Sequence record: SRR2962707_3097
Length of the DNA stretch: 64,000 bases
Reading direction: 5' to 3' (one strand)
This document shows, one piece after another, positions 29,318 to 38,652 of the stretch; the first letter of the stretch is position 1, and each line of letters opens with the position of its first letter. The translations under genes were made by a program, and so were the position numbers. The notes under the pieces were generated by a model. That model ran no database searches. It was not told the origin of the DNA and worked only from the letters and a program-made list of their open reading frames with translations.

Positions 29318-31693
29318 ATGTTTGTAGAAAAAAATGGCTATATCATTAGTCGCCATACCAAAGAAGTAAACGGACAGCTCGAGATGAGCTTGTTCGTGAA
29401 AACACCGGAAGGCACAGTGCAGGTATTACCTGACCGCCAATTTAGTACGTTTTTCAGTGATGCTCCGCGTCACTGTTTTCCAGACAGCCTGCGCGGTGTT
29501 CGTGTTAGTGAGCCCAGTTATCGGGCCTTTAATGATCAATATGTCACCTTGATTCAAAGTAAGAGCTTGGTGCTGCATCAGCAAATGGTCGCACTGGCTA
29601 AGAAAAATGGCTTTTCTGTGTACGAAGAAGACATTAAAGCCCATAACCGCTATCTCATGGAGCGCAACATTCGTGGCAGTGTTCGCTTTATTGGGATTCC
29701 AGACAGCAGCGGTCTGCGTTATACCAAAGCTAAGGTGATTCCCGGTGAGTGGCGTCCTGATTGGACCGTCTGGTCGCTGGACATTGAAACCTCTGTGAGC
29801 AAAAACTGCTTGCTCTCCATTGGCATCACTTCTAACCAGCAGCGCATTGCTTTTGTGGTGACAGATCAAGCGGTGAACACCGACGTTATTAAAGCCTATC
29901 AGAATGAAAAAGACCTGCTGTTGGACTTCATTCGTTACGTCAAAAAGTATTCGCCTGATATTTTTATTGGTTGGAACCTGATTGGTTTCGATCTGAACTT
30001 TATCAATCAGCGTTGCGAGCGCTTGGGTATTCGCCCTGCTTTTGGGGTGAATGGTGAAACATGGCGAATTCATTCGTCGGATAACCAAGGCAAATATTTT
30101 GCGAGCATTCCTGGGCGGGTCGCGCTGGACGGCATCACCTTACTGAAAGTGGGGGGGTATCATTTTGAATCTTACAGCCTGAACAACGTAAGCAAAGAAA
30201 TTTTACAAGATCAGAAGTTGTTACAGGGTGGCGACCGTTGGCAAGAAATCGAACGCTTACACCAAGAAGATTTGCAAGGCTTTGTCGATTACAACTTGCA
30301 AGATTGCGATCTGGTGCTGAAGATTTTCGAAAAGCTCAAACTCATCGAATTACAGCAAACTCGCGTGGACTTGACCGGCATTCCTTTCGAACAGACTGGC
30401 GGTTCGGTGGCGGCGTTTGAAAACTTGTATCTGCCTAGGCTGCATAAAGCAGGATGGGTAGCGCCCGCTTGGCATGACGACGTCTTTGTTCCAAGTCCAG
30501 GGGGCTTTGTGATGTCCTCTATCCCTGGTTTGTACAAGAACGTATTAGTATTCGATTTTAAGAGTCTGTACCCCAGCATTATCCGAACCTTTTACATTGA
30601 TCCGCTTGCTAGAATCACCGCAGGGCAACAAAAAAAAGCGCTGCAACACAGCGATGCTATTGAACCGCAAGAGCCTGATGACCCGACAGAGACCTTAGTG
30701 CCTGGTTACTTAGGCGCGCACTTCAATCGCAAAGAAGCCATTCTGCCAGAACTGGTGACTGAGCTTGCTCAGGCAAGGGAAAAAGCCAAGCAAGAGGGTA
30801 ATAATATCCTAAGCTACGCGATCAAAATCATCATGAACTCTTTCTATGGTGTACTAGGCTCTAATGTTTGTCGTTTTTACCACGCTGAGCTTGCCAGCTC
30901 GATCACCATGCGCGGCCATGAGTTGCTAGGGCGCACCCAGCAATGGATGGAAGAACGCGGTGCAAAAGTCATCTACGGGGACACGGACTCTATTTTCATT
31001 ACCCTAAATGATCAAGAAACCGACCCAAGAGTCTTGGGGCAGCGTCTTTGTGACGATATGAACGCCTTTCTGACTCAGTGGTGCCAAGAGTACGCGCATT
31101 TAGAATCTTATTTAGAGCTTGAGTTTGAACGGGTTTACGACCGCTTCTTTATGCCAACCATTCGTGGCCAAGAAGAGGGCAGTAAAAAACGCTATGCTGG
31201 CTTGTCTGATGGTAACTTGGTCTTTAAAGGGCTAGAAGCCGCTCGTACTGACTGGACCCAATTGGCTCGAGAGTTTCAGCGTGAGCTTTTCAAGAAAATC
31301 TTTAACGATGAAAACCCCATTGATTATATTCAGGATACGGTCAATAGACTCAAGGCAGGGGAGTTTGACGAACAGCTGATTTACAGTAAGCAGTTGAGCA
31401 GACCGCTGGCGTCCTATAAGAAAAACATTCCTCCTCACGTAAGAGCGGCCGCTATGATAGACGCGAAAAGAGCGGAACTTGGACAGCCTCTTGAATACGA
31501 TAAAGGGCGTAAACGAGTGAGTTATCTTTATCAGCGTCGTGGGGTTGTGCCTTATGAAAGCGCTGCTGATCTGGTGGATTTGGATTACGAACATTATATT
31601 AGTAAGCAGATAGAACCCATCGCAGACAGCATATTGACGCACTATAAATCCAGTATGGAAGCCATTTTGAGTAAGCAAATCTCGCTTATCTAA
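29318..31693 (+). CDS. polB: DNA polymerase II (family B)
   Basis: Exo SLDIET and IGWN; Pol DFKSLYPS, KIIMNSFYG, YGDTDS, SKKRYAG; C-terminal clamp-binding-like QISLI. Confidence 0.95.
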   Translation: MFVEKNGYIISRHTKEVNGQLEMSLFVKTPEGTVQVLPDRQFSTFFSDAPRHCFPDSLRGVRVSEPSYRAFNDQYVTLIQSKSLVLHQQMVALAKKNGFSVYEEDIKAHNRYLMERNIRGSVRFIGIPDSSGLRYTKAKVIPGEWRPDWTVWSLDIETSVSKNCLLSIGITSNQQRIAFVVTDQAVNTDVIKAYQNEKDLLLDFIRYVKKYSPDIFIGWNLIGFDLNFINQRCERLGIRPAFGVNGETWRIHSSDNQGKYFASIPGRVALDGITLLKVGGYHFESYSLNNVSKEILQDQKLLQGGDRWQEIERLHQEDLQGFVDYNLQDCDLVLKIFEKLKLIELQQTRVDLTGIPFEQTGGSVAAFENLYLPRLHKAGWVAPAWHDDVFVPSPGGFVMSSIPGLYKNVLVFDFKSLYPSIIRTFYIDPLARITAGQQKKALQHSDAIEPQEPDDPTETLVPGYLGAHFNRKEAILPELVTELAQAREKAKQEGNNILSYAIKIIMNSFYGVLGSNVCRFYHAELASSITMRGHELLGRTQQWMEERGAKVIYGDTDSIFITLNDQETDPRVLGQRLCDDMNAFLTQWCQEYAHLESYLELEFERVYDRFFMPTIRGQEEGSKKRYAGLSDGNLVFKGLEAARTDWTQLAREFQRELFKKIFNDENPIDYIQDTVNRLKAGEFDEQLIYSKQLSRPLASYKKNIPPHVRAAAMIDAKRAELGQPLEYDKGRKRVSYLYQRRGVVPYESAADLVDLDYEHYISKQIEPIADSILTHYKSSMEAILSKQISLI

Positions 31694-31731
31694 TGGCCCT
31701 AAAATTGTCTATTGACTGCGTTTAGGTCAAT

Positions 31732-31772
31732 AAAAAAGCTGTACTGTATGAATATACAGTACGGCTTTTTTT
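31732..31772. terminator. Bidirectional intrinsic terminator between polB and tatD
   Basis: AAAAAAGCTGTACTGTAT-GAAT-ATACAGTACGGCTTTTTTT. Confidence 0.85.
31742..31761. promoter_or_regulatory. LexA (SOS) box-like palindrome inside the terminator stem
   Basis: TACTGTATGAATATACAGTA, 18/20 to TACTGTATATATATACAGTA. Confidence 0.6.
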
Positions 31773-31796
31773 GTCACTTCCTTAGGCTGATGGCTA

Positions 31797-31832
31797 AGGA
31801 AACAATTGAATCATAGGAAACAATCGAACCAT
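31797..31832 (+). repeat. Tandem 18-bp direct repeat
   Basis: AGGAAACAATTGAATCAT / AGGAAACAATCGAACCAT (16/18). Confidence 0.8.
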
Positions 31833-32602
31833 CAGAGGGCAAAGAGGCGTTTTGTATTGGCCATTGTGTGCGCAACAAGCTCGTCCTGAGACAGATCTTT
31901 TAATCTAGCAACTTCTGCGGCGACCCAAGGCAAGTATTTCGGGTGATTCTTTTTCGGTCTTGGACGAATGTTTCTTGGCAGTAAGTAAGGCGCGTCGGTT
32001 TCTAGCAGCAAACGATCTAGGGGAATGTGTGGCACCGCTTGTTGCAATGACAATCCTCGTCGCTCATCACAGACCCAACCTGTTACGCCAATATGCAGAC
32101 CTAATGCTAAATAGTTCTCCAGTTGCTCTATGCTGCCAGTAAAGCAATGAATAACGCCTGTTATTTGCTCTCCTCCGATCGCGCGTAACAGAGCGACCAT
32201 CTCTTCATGGGCGTCACGTTCATGCAAATACAGCGGTAGATTATGCTGCAAAGACAATTCAATTTGTTCCTGAAAGGCGTAGCGTTGCTCATCTGGCGTT
32301 GAATAATTACGATTAAAGTCCAGCCCCGTTTCGCCAAGTGCGATTGGGCGGTTATGTTTTATCATCTGCGTAAGCTCATTGGCGCTGTTCGAATGCCAAC
32401 TTTTTGCCTGATGCGGATGACAGCCAAAGGTTGGCCACAGGGAAGGATGTTCTAAGCACAAGGTCTGTAAAAACTGACTTTCTTCCAAGTCTGACGCAAT
32501 GCAGACCATGCCTTCGACCCCAGCCTGTTTACTTTGCTCTATGGTGTCTTCTATATTTTGCAAAAAGAAGTCGTGTTGGATATTAACGCCGATGTCGATC
32601 AT
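31832..32602 (-). CDS. tatD: TatD-family nuclease
   Basis: MIDIGVN, GCHPH, GETGLD, LYLHERDA, IHCFTG, LETDAPYL. Confidence 0.93.
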   Translation of the reverse strand: MIDIGVNIQHDFFLQNIEDTIEQSKQAGVEGMVCIASDLEESQFLQTLCLEHPSLWPTFGCHPHQAKSWHSNSANELTQMIKHNRPIALGETGLDFNRNYSTPDEQRYAFQEQIELSLQHNLPLYLHERDAHEEMVALLRAIGGEQITGVIHCFTGSIEQLENYLALGLHIGVTGWVCDERRGLSLQQAVPHIPLDRLLLETDAPYLLPRNIRPRPKKNHPKYLPWVAAEVARLKDLSQDELVAHTMANTKRLFAL

Positions 32603-33792
32603 TATATTTGGTAAATCTCTTTGGCTGCTTTTAGGCTGTCTATGTAAACTTGGCGAAGCTGATTACTGGATAAGCTTTTCTGTGCTAATTGCTCAAAAGG
32701 AATCTTCTCCCAACAACCTGACTCATAGTTTTTAGCCACCGCTAGAATGCTGCCTAAATGCCCTTGATGATGGCTTAGCGCCACGACTAGACTTTCATCC
32801 AATGGCAGATCTTTTAAAATCTCTTCCATCGGAGAATCAAAGAAGCTAGGCAGGTAAGAAAACAAGCCAACCAAAAACGCCCCTTCTAATTTTGGGTAAA
32901 TCGCTTTTGCAATGCCATCACACAAACAAGCCCGGTTCACCGCCATGGAGAACAGACAATCCGGCTTACCATCAATACTGCTGAACATGGCTAACGTGAC
33001 CCATTTGATTAGGTCCTTAATGCCAATTATCTCAATCGCCCGTTGTACGTTATGCACGTTAAATTGACGGTGATACATCACACTCTTGGTCAGCTTTAAT
33101 ACTCGATAGGACAAGGTGACGTCTTTTTCTATGGCCGCTGAAATATCGCGGATCGAAGAACGGCCATCTTGCAGGCGAGTGAGTAAGTCAATCAAAATCA
33201 AGCGATAACCGGGGACATTGCTGCCTCTCACAGGAACGCTCTGGGACAAAAAGTCACCACTAAACCAGCTTGCGTGAGTATGAGTGTCGATTTCTCGATG
33301 TTGCTCTTGCGTTTTAATATGGCTAATCCATATCTCTTTATGGGCAAGCGCTTGATGACGGTCCACGTGCAAAACATGACTCACATCGTATTTGTTAAGG
33401 CTAAGCTCAACAAATGAAAAGTAGTCAAAAAAAGGCGTGCCAAAAAACTTAAGCGAAAAATTGGTTAAACCTAACTGATAGCCATCTAAGCGCAGTCCAG
33501 ACAGACGATCGCTGTCTCTTTCTGGGACCAACTCTGCGGCGTCAAAAAACAGCACAAAGCGCAATGCGGAAGGTGGTGTAGGAAGGTGTTCTACCTCATG
33601 AATTGAAACAGTGATAAAGATCGGTTGATGCTTTATGACATCAACAATACTCAAGTCCGTAAATAATAAACTTAAGAAAGAATCCTTTTTTTCTTGCTCC
33701 ATGTTGTTGAGATGAAACAAATTATTCGCTTTGACCGACAATTTGCTGTCGACGACAGCTTGGCGGCTAAAAAGAAAATTGTTACTGATCAT
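32602..33792 (-). CDS. Degenerate EAL + HDOD domain protein (YuxH/CdgJ-like)
   Basis: FSRQAVVD N-terminus, DVTLSYRVLKL, AFLVGLFS, LPLDESL; EAL and DDF positions read NLF and TNF. Confidence 0.82.
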   Translation of the reverse strand: MISNNFLFSRQAVVDSKLSVKANNLFHLNNMEQEKKDSFLSLLFTDLSIVDVIKHQPIFITVSIHEVEHLPTPPSALRFVLFFDAAELVPERDSDRLSGLRLDGYQLGLTNFSLKFFGTPFFDYFSFVELSLNKYDVSHVLHVDRHQALAHKEIWISHIKTQEQHREIDTHTHASWFSGDFLSQSVPVRGSNVPGYRLILIDLLTRLQDGRSSIRDISAAIEKDVTLSYRVLKLTKSVMYHRQFNVHNVQRAIEIIGIKDLIKWVTLAMFSSIDGKPDCLFSMAVNRACLCDGIAKAIYPKLEGAFLVGLFSYLPSFFDSPMEEILKDLPLDESLVVALSHHQGHLGSILAVAKNYESGCWEKIPFEQLAQKSLSSNQLRQVYIDSLKAAKEIYQI

Positions 33793-33906
33793 TAAATTGT
33801 CTCTGTAAGCGCAGTTTGTATAAAAATTTACTGTAACGGATAGCCGAATACAATATCATGGTTGCTATTAAATAGATCCCATATAAGAAAACCATTGGAG
33901 TAGCAT

Positions 33907-34842
33907 ATGGCCGGCATGTTGGACGCCGTAGATCAAAGAACTAAATTGGTCGGTGAGAACCGTTTGGAACTTCTCATGTTCCGCTTAGGTGGAATGCAAA
34001 CGTTTGCCATCAATGTGTTTAAAGTCCAGGAAGTAGTTCAGCTTCCTAGGCTAAATTTAATGCCCCATCGTCACCCTTCGGTGGCCGGTGTGACACATTT
34101 TAGAAATCGAACCATTCCCGTGATCGATTTGTCTGAGTCCATTGGCATGAGACCGATAGACCGAAGCCAACCTTGTAACTTAATTGTGACCGAGTACAAC
34201 AACACAGTGCAAGGTTTTATGGTCGGCGAAGTTGATCGCATTATTAATATGAATTGGAACGAGATTCTGCCACCGCCTGACGGTACCGGTAGACAGCATT
34301 ATCTAACGGCGATTACGCGCGTTAACGAACGCTTGGTAGAAATCATTGACGTGGAAAAAGTTCTGGCGGTGATTTCACCTTATGACACCAGTGTCAGTGC
34401 CGACGTTATTGATACTAAACTGCTGAGTCAAGCAACGGATCTTGAGGTGCTGGTGGTCGACGATTCTTCCGTTGGTTTGTCTCAATGTCAGTCCACGCTC
34501 GACTTCATGGGCATTAAGGTGCATACCGCCACCGACGGTAAAAAAGGCTTGGAAAAACTCAAAGGCTGGGCAGATCAGGGAGAAATCGTCCCCGAGAAGT
34601 TACTTATGCTGATTACAGACGCCGAAATGCCGGAAATGGATGGTTATCGATTAACCCGTGAAATCCGCGAAGACCCTCGATTAAAAGATCTTTATATTGT
34701 GCTTCATACTTCATTAAGTGGCAGCTTTAATAAAGCCATGGTACAGAAAGTTGGCTGTGATGATTTTTTATCTAAGTTTCAGCCAGATAAGCTCGCTGGC
34801 GTGATTCAAGAACGCATTCGCGATGTCATGGCACGCAAATAG
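33907..34842 (+). CDS. cheV: Chemotaxis coupling protein (CheW + receiver)
   Basis: VDQRTKLVGENRLELLMF, FAINVFKV, ITDAEMPEMDGY, HTSLSG. Confidence 0.95.
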   Translation: MAGMLDAVDQRTKLVGENRLELLMFRLGGMQTFAINVFKVQEVVQLPRLNLMPHRHPSVAGVTHFRNRTIPVIDLSESIGMRPIDRSQPCNLIVTEYNNTVQGFMVGEVDRIINMNWNEILPPPDGTGRQHYLTAITRVNERLVEIIDVEKVLAVISPYDTSVSADVIDTKLLSQATDLEVLVVDDSSVGLSQCQSTLDFMGIKVHTATDGKKGLEKLKGWADQGEIVPEKLLMLITDAEMPEMDGYRLTREIREDPRLKDLYIVLHTSLSGSFNKAMVQKVGCDDFLSKFQPDKLAGVIQERIRDVMARK

Positions 34843-34856
34843 TGTGTTTGTGCGTT

Positions 34857-34886
34857 AAAAAAAACAGGCTTAATGCCTGTTTTTTT
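34857..34886. terminator. Intrinsic terminator after cheV
   Basis: AAAAAAAACAGGC-TTAAT-GCCTGTTTTTTT. Confidence 0.85.
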
Positions 34887-35002
34887 GTCTTCTTAATGTC
34901 TCTTGCCAATTTGTGCTTTTAATCTGTCGTTTCAACCTGTTTAAGAATGCCTTGTATCTCGTTAGGCTATTTGTTTTTGACATTATTTTTTAGGTAACAA
35001 CC

Positions 35003-35827
35003 GTGGAACTGCAACTGCTTATTTTGTTATTCATCATTGGAGGCGTCGCTGGGGCCTTGTACGCCACCACTCAAGTCTCCACACCTTTGTTTATTGTCTC
35101 TGCTGTGCTGCTATTTTTACCCGCATTAGGCGTAGAGCTGAGCGGGGTGTTGCTCCCGGTCATCGCCACCGCCGTCGTTTCTTTTATTCCTATTCTGTTG
35201 CTTGAGTGGGTTAGGGATATGAAAGAGCGTAAGGTCGACTCTGTCGTGCTGATAGCCTTGTCTCCTGGTGCGGCAATGGGCGGTGTCATTGGCGCGCAAC
35301 TGGTGTCTTTTATGTCGCCGATTTATTTCAAAGTGGCATTAAGCATACTTGTCTTATTGCTGGTGTATCGTGGTTGGTTAAGCGCTCGCCAGCGTTTGCA
35401 AAACACAAATGATGCGTATTTAGGTAATCTAAACAGCCACGCTTTGCGTATGCCCATTGGTTTGTTTATTGGTGTTGTCAGCATGATGGCTGGTGGCGCG
35501 GGTAAAATCATGGCAGAGACTGTGTTAACCAAATCGTCGGTGGATGACGAACATCGACATTCGACGGCGGTAGGTGTGGCATTGTTTGTTTCCATTGCGG
35601 CCATGGTTGGGTTTTCATTTCCAGCCATGCCATTGAGTCTGCCTAATACGGCCGGTTTTATTGGCGGCATTCAGTTGCTGTCGTGCTTAGTCTTGGCGGT
35701 TAGCCAGATGTTGTTCTATCTGTTGTGCCGTGAGAAAGGAAACCGCTTAGATCGCCTGGTATTAACCATAGGTTTTGTTCTCTTTATGTTGATTGCGGCA
35801 TCCAGAGTGTGGCTGATGGCGCTTTAA
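35003..35827 (+). CDS. Membrane protein, TauE/SafE (TSUP)-like, divergent
   Basis: Multi-TM; GAAMGGVIGA, GLFIGVVSMMAGGAG; GTG start. Confidence 0.7.
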   Translation: MELQLLILLFIIGGVAGALYATTQVSTPLFIVSAVLLFLPALGVELSGVLLPVIATAVVSFIPILLLEWVRDMKERKVDSVVLIALSPGAAMGGVIGAQLVSFMSPIYFKVALSILVLLLVYRGWLSARQRLQNTNDAYLGNLNSHALRMPIGLFIGVVSMMAGGAGKIMAETVLTKSSVDDEHRHSTAVGVALFVSIAAMVGFSFPAMPLSLPNTAGFIGGIQLLSCLVLAVSQMLFYLLCREKGNRLDRLVLTIGFVLFMLIAASRVWLMAL

Positions 35828-36009
35828 TGAGCGCGTTCAGTTACTTTTATTCTGACCCTCTTTATAGCGGGTCTTTCTAGAGTGTCTTTCTTGCTCGTGC
35901 AGCAGATAGCAGTAAGCTATTAACAGGATTGAAAATTCACAGGCTATGACGATTTCTATTGCTTCGTTTAACGATATAATAGCCCTCTAATATGACGAAA
36001 AGGTTTATC

Positions 36010-37005
36010 ATGAAAAGCTCACCAAAATACGGCGTACTAATGATTAATTTAGGCACGCCAGATGCACCTAAAACACCTGAAGTGCGCACGTTTCTAAGAG
36101 AGTTTTTGTCTGACAAGCGAGTGGTAGATTTAAACCCTCTTATTTGGAAGCCGATTTTAAACCTGATTATTTTAACGATTCGCCCAGCCAAGGTGGCCAA
36201 GGTTTACCAGCAGGTCTGGATGGAGGAGGGTTCTCCATTGTTGGTGCTAGGTAATCGATTAAAGAATCGTATCGCCGCCGCTCTTGAAAATCGCTTCGAT
36301 CACGGAATTCCGGTAGAAATGGCGATGACGTACGGTAATCCAAGCATGGAAAGCGCCGCGAATAAATTGCGGGCTGCGGGCGCGGATAAAATCCTAGTCG
36401 TGCCTATGTACCCACAATTCTCGTCCACCACAACTGCGGCAGGGTATGACAGATTAATGAGTTCGCTGAAAAAATGCCCTCATTGGCCTGCATTGCAGCT
36501 GATTCAAGATTATGCGGATCACCCCTTATACATTAAAGCGCTGGCCAATTCAGTGCGAACGCAATGGGCAAAGCAAGGCGAACAACGCCATCTCGTGCTG
36601 TCTTATCACGGCATTCCAAAGCGCTATGTTTCAAACGGTGACCCATACGCACGACGCTGCGAAAACACCAGTACGTTAGTGGCAGAAGCATTAGGGTTAA
36701 GTGACAGCGAGTGGACGCATGTTTATCAATCTCGCTTTGGTCGCGAAGAATGGTTGAAACCTTATGCTGATGCGACGCTTAAATCCATGCCTGAGATGGG
36801 CATTAAACGCATCAATGTCATCAGTCCAGCCTTTTCCATTGATTGCATTGAAACCTTAGAAGAAGTCACTCTAGAGCTTGGTGATGAGTTTAAGCAGCAT
36901 GGCGGACAGGCTTTTGATTACATTCCTGCACTAAATGATAGCGATGACCAATTGGCTCTGTACCTTGATTTGATCGAGCAAAATACGCAACAGTGGACAC
37001 AATAA
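36010..37005 (+). CDS. hemH: Ferrochelatase
   Basis: INLGTP, FLSDKRVV, PMYPQFS, SYHGIP, QSRFGREEWLKPY, DCIETLEE. Confidence 0.97.
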   Translation: MKSSPKYGVLMINLGTPDAPKTPEVRTFLREFLSDKRVVDLNPLIWKPILNLIILTIRPAKVAKVYQQVWMEEGSPLLVLGNRLKNRIAAALENRFDHGIPVEMAMTYGNPSMESAANKLRAAGADKILVVPMYPQFSSTTTAAGYDRLMSSLKKCPHWPALQLIQDYADHPLYIKALANSVRTQWAKQGEQRHLVLSYHGIPKRYVSNGDPYARRCENTSTLVAEALGLSDSEWTHVYQSRFGREEWLKPYADATLKSMPEMGIKRINVISPAFSIDCIETLEEVTLELGDEFKQHGGQAFDYIPALNDSDDQLALYLDLIEQNTQQWTQ

Positions 37006-37727
37006 CATTGACAAAGCTTTCTCAACAGAAATTCCCTATTATCGCCTTTGATGCCGATGATACTTTATGGCGCAATGAAGATATTTTCGTTTCTGCACAA
37101 GGTGAGTTCATTGAACTGCTCTCTCAATATCATGATGAGCAGTACATTCGTTCGCACCTAGGCGATGTGCAAATTAGAAATTTGAAGCATTTTGGCTATG
37201 GCATTAAGGGTTTTACGCTTTCTATGATAGAAACCGCGATAGAGCTGACAGAAGGCCGTGTTACAGGCCATCAAGTACATAGTATTATTGAGCTTGCTCG
37301 GCGTATGCTTGAGGCGCCCATTGAATTACTCCCAAGCATCAAATCCGTGCTTGAACAGCTGCAAGCGGATCATAAATTGATGATTATTACGAAAGGGGAT
37401 TTATTGGATCAGGAGAGCAAAGTAGCACGCTCTGGCTTAGCCCCGTTTTTTGATATTATTGAAGTTGCTAGCGATAAAACGCCTGAAGCCTATGAAAAAA
37501 TACTCAGCAAACACAAGATTTCCAGAAAAGAGTTTCTCATGGTCGGCAATTCCTTGAAATCCGATGTCTTGCCTTTGTTCGATATTGGCGCCACCGCAAT
37601 TCATGTGCCTTATCACACCACATGGGCTCATGAAGAAGTCTCTGAGCAAACTTTAATAGAATACCCTCAGTTAGTGACGTTGGAGTCTATTGCGTTACTG
37701 CCTAAGTGGTTATCACAACATTCATAA
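36993..37727 (+). CDS. HAD-superfamily hydrolase
   Basis: FDADDTLW, ITKGDL, MVGNSLKSD. Confidence 0.9.
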   Translation: MDTITLTKLSQQKFPIIAFDADDTLWRNEDIFVSAQGEFIELLSQYHDEQYIRSHLGDVQIRNLKHFGYGIKGFTLSMIETAIELTEGRVTGHQVHSIIELARRMLEAPIELLPSIKSVLEQLQADHKLMIITKGDLLDQESKVARSGLAPFFDIIEVASDKTPEAYEKILSKHKISRKEFLMVGNSLKSDVLPLFDIGATAIHVPYHTTWAHEEVSEQTLIEYPQLVTLESIALLPKWLSQHS

Positions 37728-37739
37728 AAGGTATTAAGT

Positions 37740-38087
37740 ATGCGTTTTCTGCCATTATTATTGTCTGTTTTTTTACTCACAGCGCCATTGGCTCAAGCAC
37801 AAGATCAAGACAGCGACAGCAAGCTGGACAGTGCCAAAGCCAAAGCCTCAGAAATGTGGGACAAGACCAAAGAGAAAGCTTCTGAATACGGTGGTATCGC
37901 TGTCGATAAAAGCAAAGAGTACGGCGGCATTGCTGTTGATAAGAGCAAAGAATATGGTGGTATTGCCGCTGAGAAAACCAAAGAAACCAGCGTAGAAGTA
38001 TGGGATAAGATGAAAGAGCTGGGGTCTGAAGCGGCTGATAAAAGCAAAGAAGGCGTGCAGAAAATACGAGCAGCGGCAGGCCAATAG
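37740..38087 (+). CDS. Secreted small protein with 11-aa amphipathic repeats (LEA/apolipoprotein-like)
   Basis: Signal peptide; KEKASEYGGIA VDKSKEYGGIA VDKSKEYGGIA AEKTKE. Confidence 0.75.
   Translation: MRFLPLLLSVFLLTAPLAQAQDQDSDSKLDSAKAKASEMWDKTKEKASEYGGIAVDKSKEYGGIAVDKSKEYGGIAAEKTKETSVEVWDKMKELGSEAADKSKEGVQKIRAAAGQ
37869..37985 (+). repeat. 33-bp coding tandem repeat (about 3.5 copies)
   Basis: GAATACGGTGGTATCGCT at 37884, GAGTACGGCGGCATTGCT at 37917, GAATATGGTGGTATTGCC at 37950; differences mostly synonymous. Confidence 0.9.
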
Positions 38088-38136
38088 CCTGTGGCAACAA
38101 CCGATGTAAATCTCAGAAAAATAGGCATGTGTTGTA

Positions 38137-38646
38137 ATGAGTCAAAAGGATGACAACAATAAAATCTCAGCAAATTACTGGGAGCAAGAGTTTATCTCAC
38201 AAGATAATGCTCAGTTAGTTACGCCTAATGTTCGTTATAGATGCCCAAAGTGTGAGAGTTTATTGGTTCACAAAGAAGGGAAAAACGGGTTGTTTTGGGG
38301 CTGTGAGTCCTACCCAAGCTGTGATTATACCGCCAATGATGAAGCGGGTAAGCCAGTCAGGGCAAAGCGATTTCTTTGCCCCGCTTGCCAATCTCCGTTA
38401 CGTCGAAAGACCTTTAAAGACAATGTGTTCTGGGGTTGCAGTGGCTACCCAGAATGTAAGGTCACCGTGGAAGATGACCATGGTGTCCCGTCTAGTACCA
38501 AAAAGTACCCATGTCGTGAGTGTGGGCACTATTTGGTTCGTAAAAAAAGTAAAAATGGTTATTTCTGGGGGTGTATTGAGTACCCCAAATGCACACACAC
38601 ATTAAACGATGATAAAGGCTTGCCAGTATTACGGCGTAAACGCTGA
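38137..38646 (+). CDS. Stand-alone topoisomerase-type C4 zinc-ribbon protein (3 repeats)
   Basis: CPKC...FWGCESYPSC; CPAC...FWGCSGYPEC; CREC...FWGCIEYPKC. Confidence 0.88.
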   Translation: MSQKDDNNKISANYWEQEFISQDNAQLVTPNVRYRCPKCESLLVHKEGKNGLFWGCESYPSCDYTANDEAGKPVRAKRFLCPACQSPLRRKTFKDNVFWGCSGYPECKVTVEDDHGVPSSTKKYPCRECGHYLVRKKSKNGYFWGCIEYPKCTHTLNDDKGLPVLRRKR

Positions 38647-38652
38647 GCCGCT

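Noticed and set aside
29426-30088. 220-aa antisense ORF in polB, and similar shadow ORFs throughout the track
   Set aside because: Fully overlap well-supported genes on the opposite strand or frame and have no recognisable motifs
33821-33850. Sigma-28 promoter for cheV (TAAAAATT...GCCGAATA)
   Set aside because: Spacer is 14 rather than 11 bp and both boxes are imperfect; plausible biologically but not supportable
37869-37985. 33-bp periodic repeat as a CRISPR array
   Set aside because: No unique spacers, in-frame coding repeat with synonymous variation, and no cas genes
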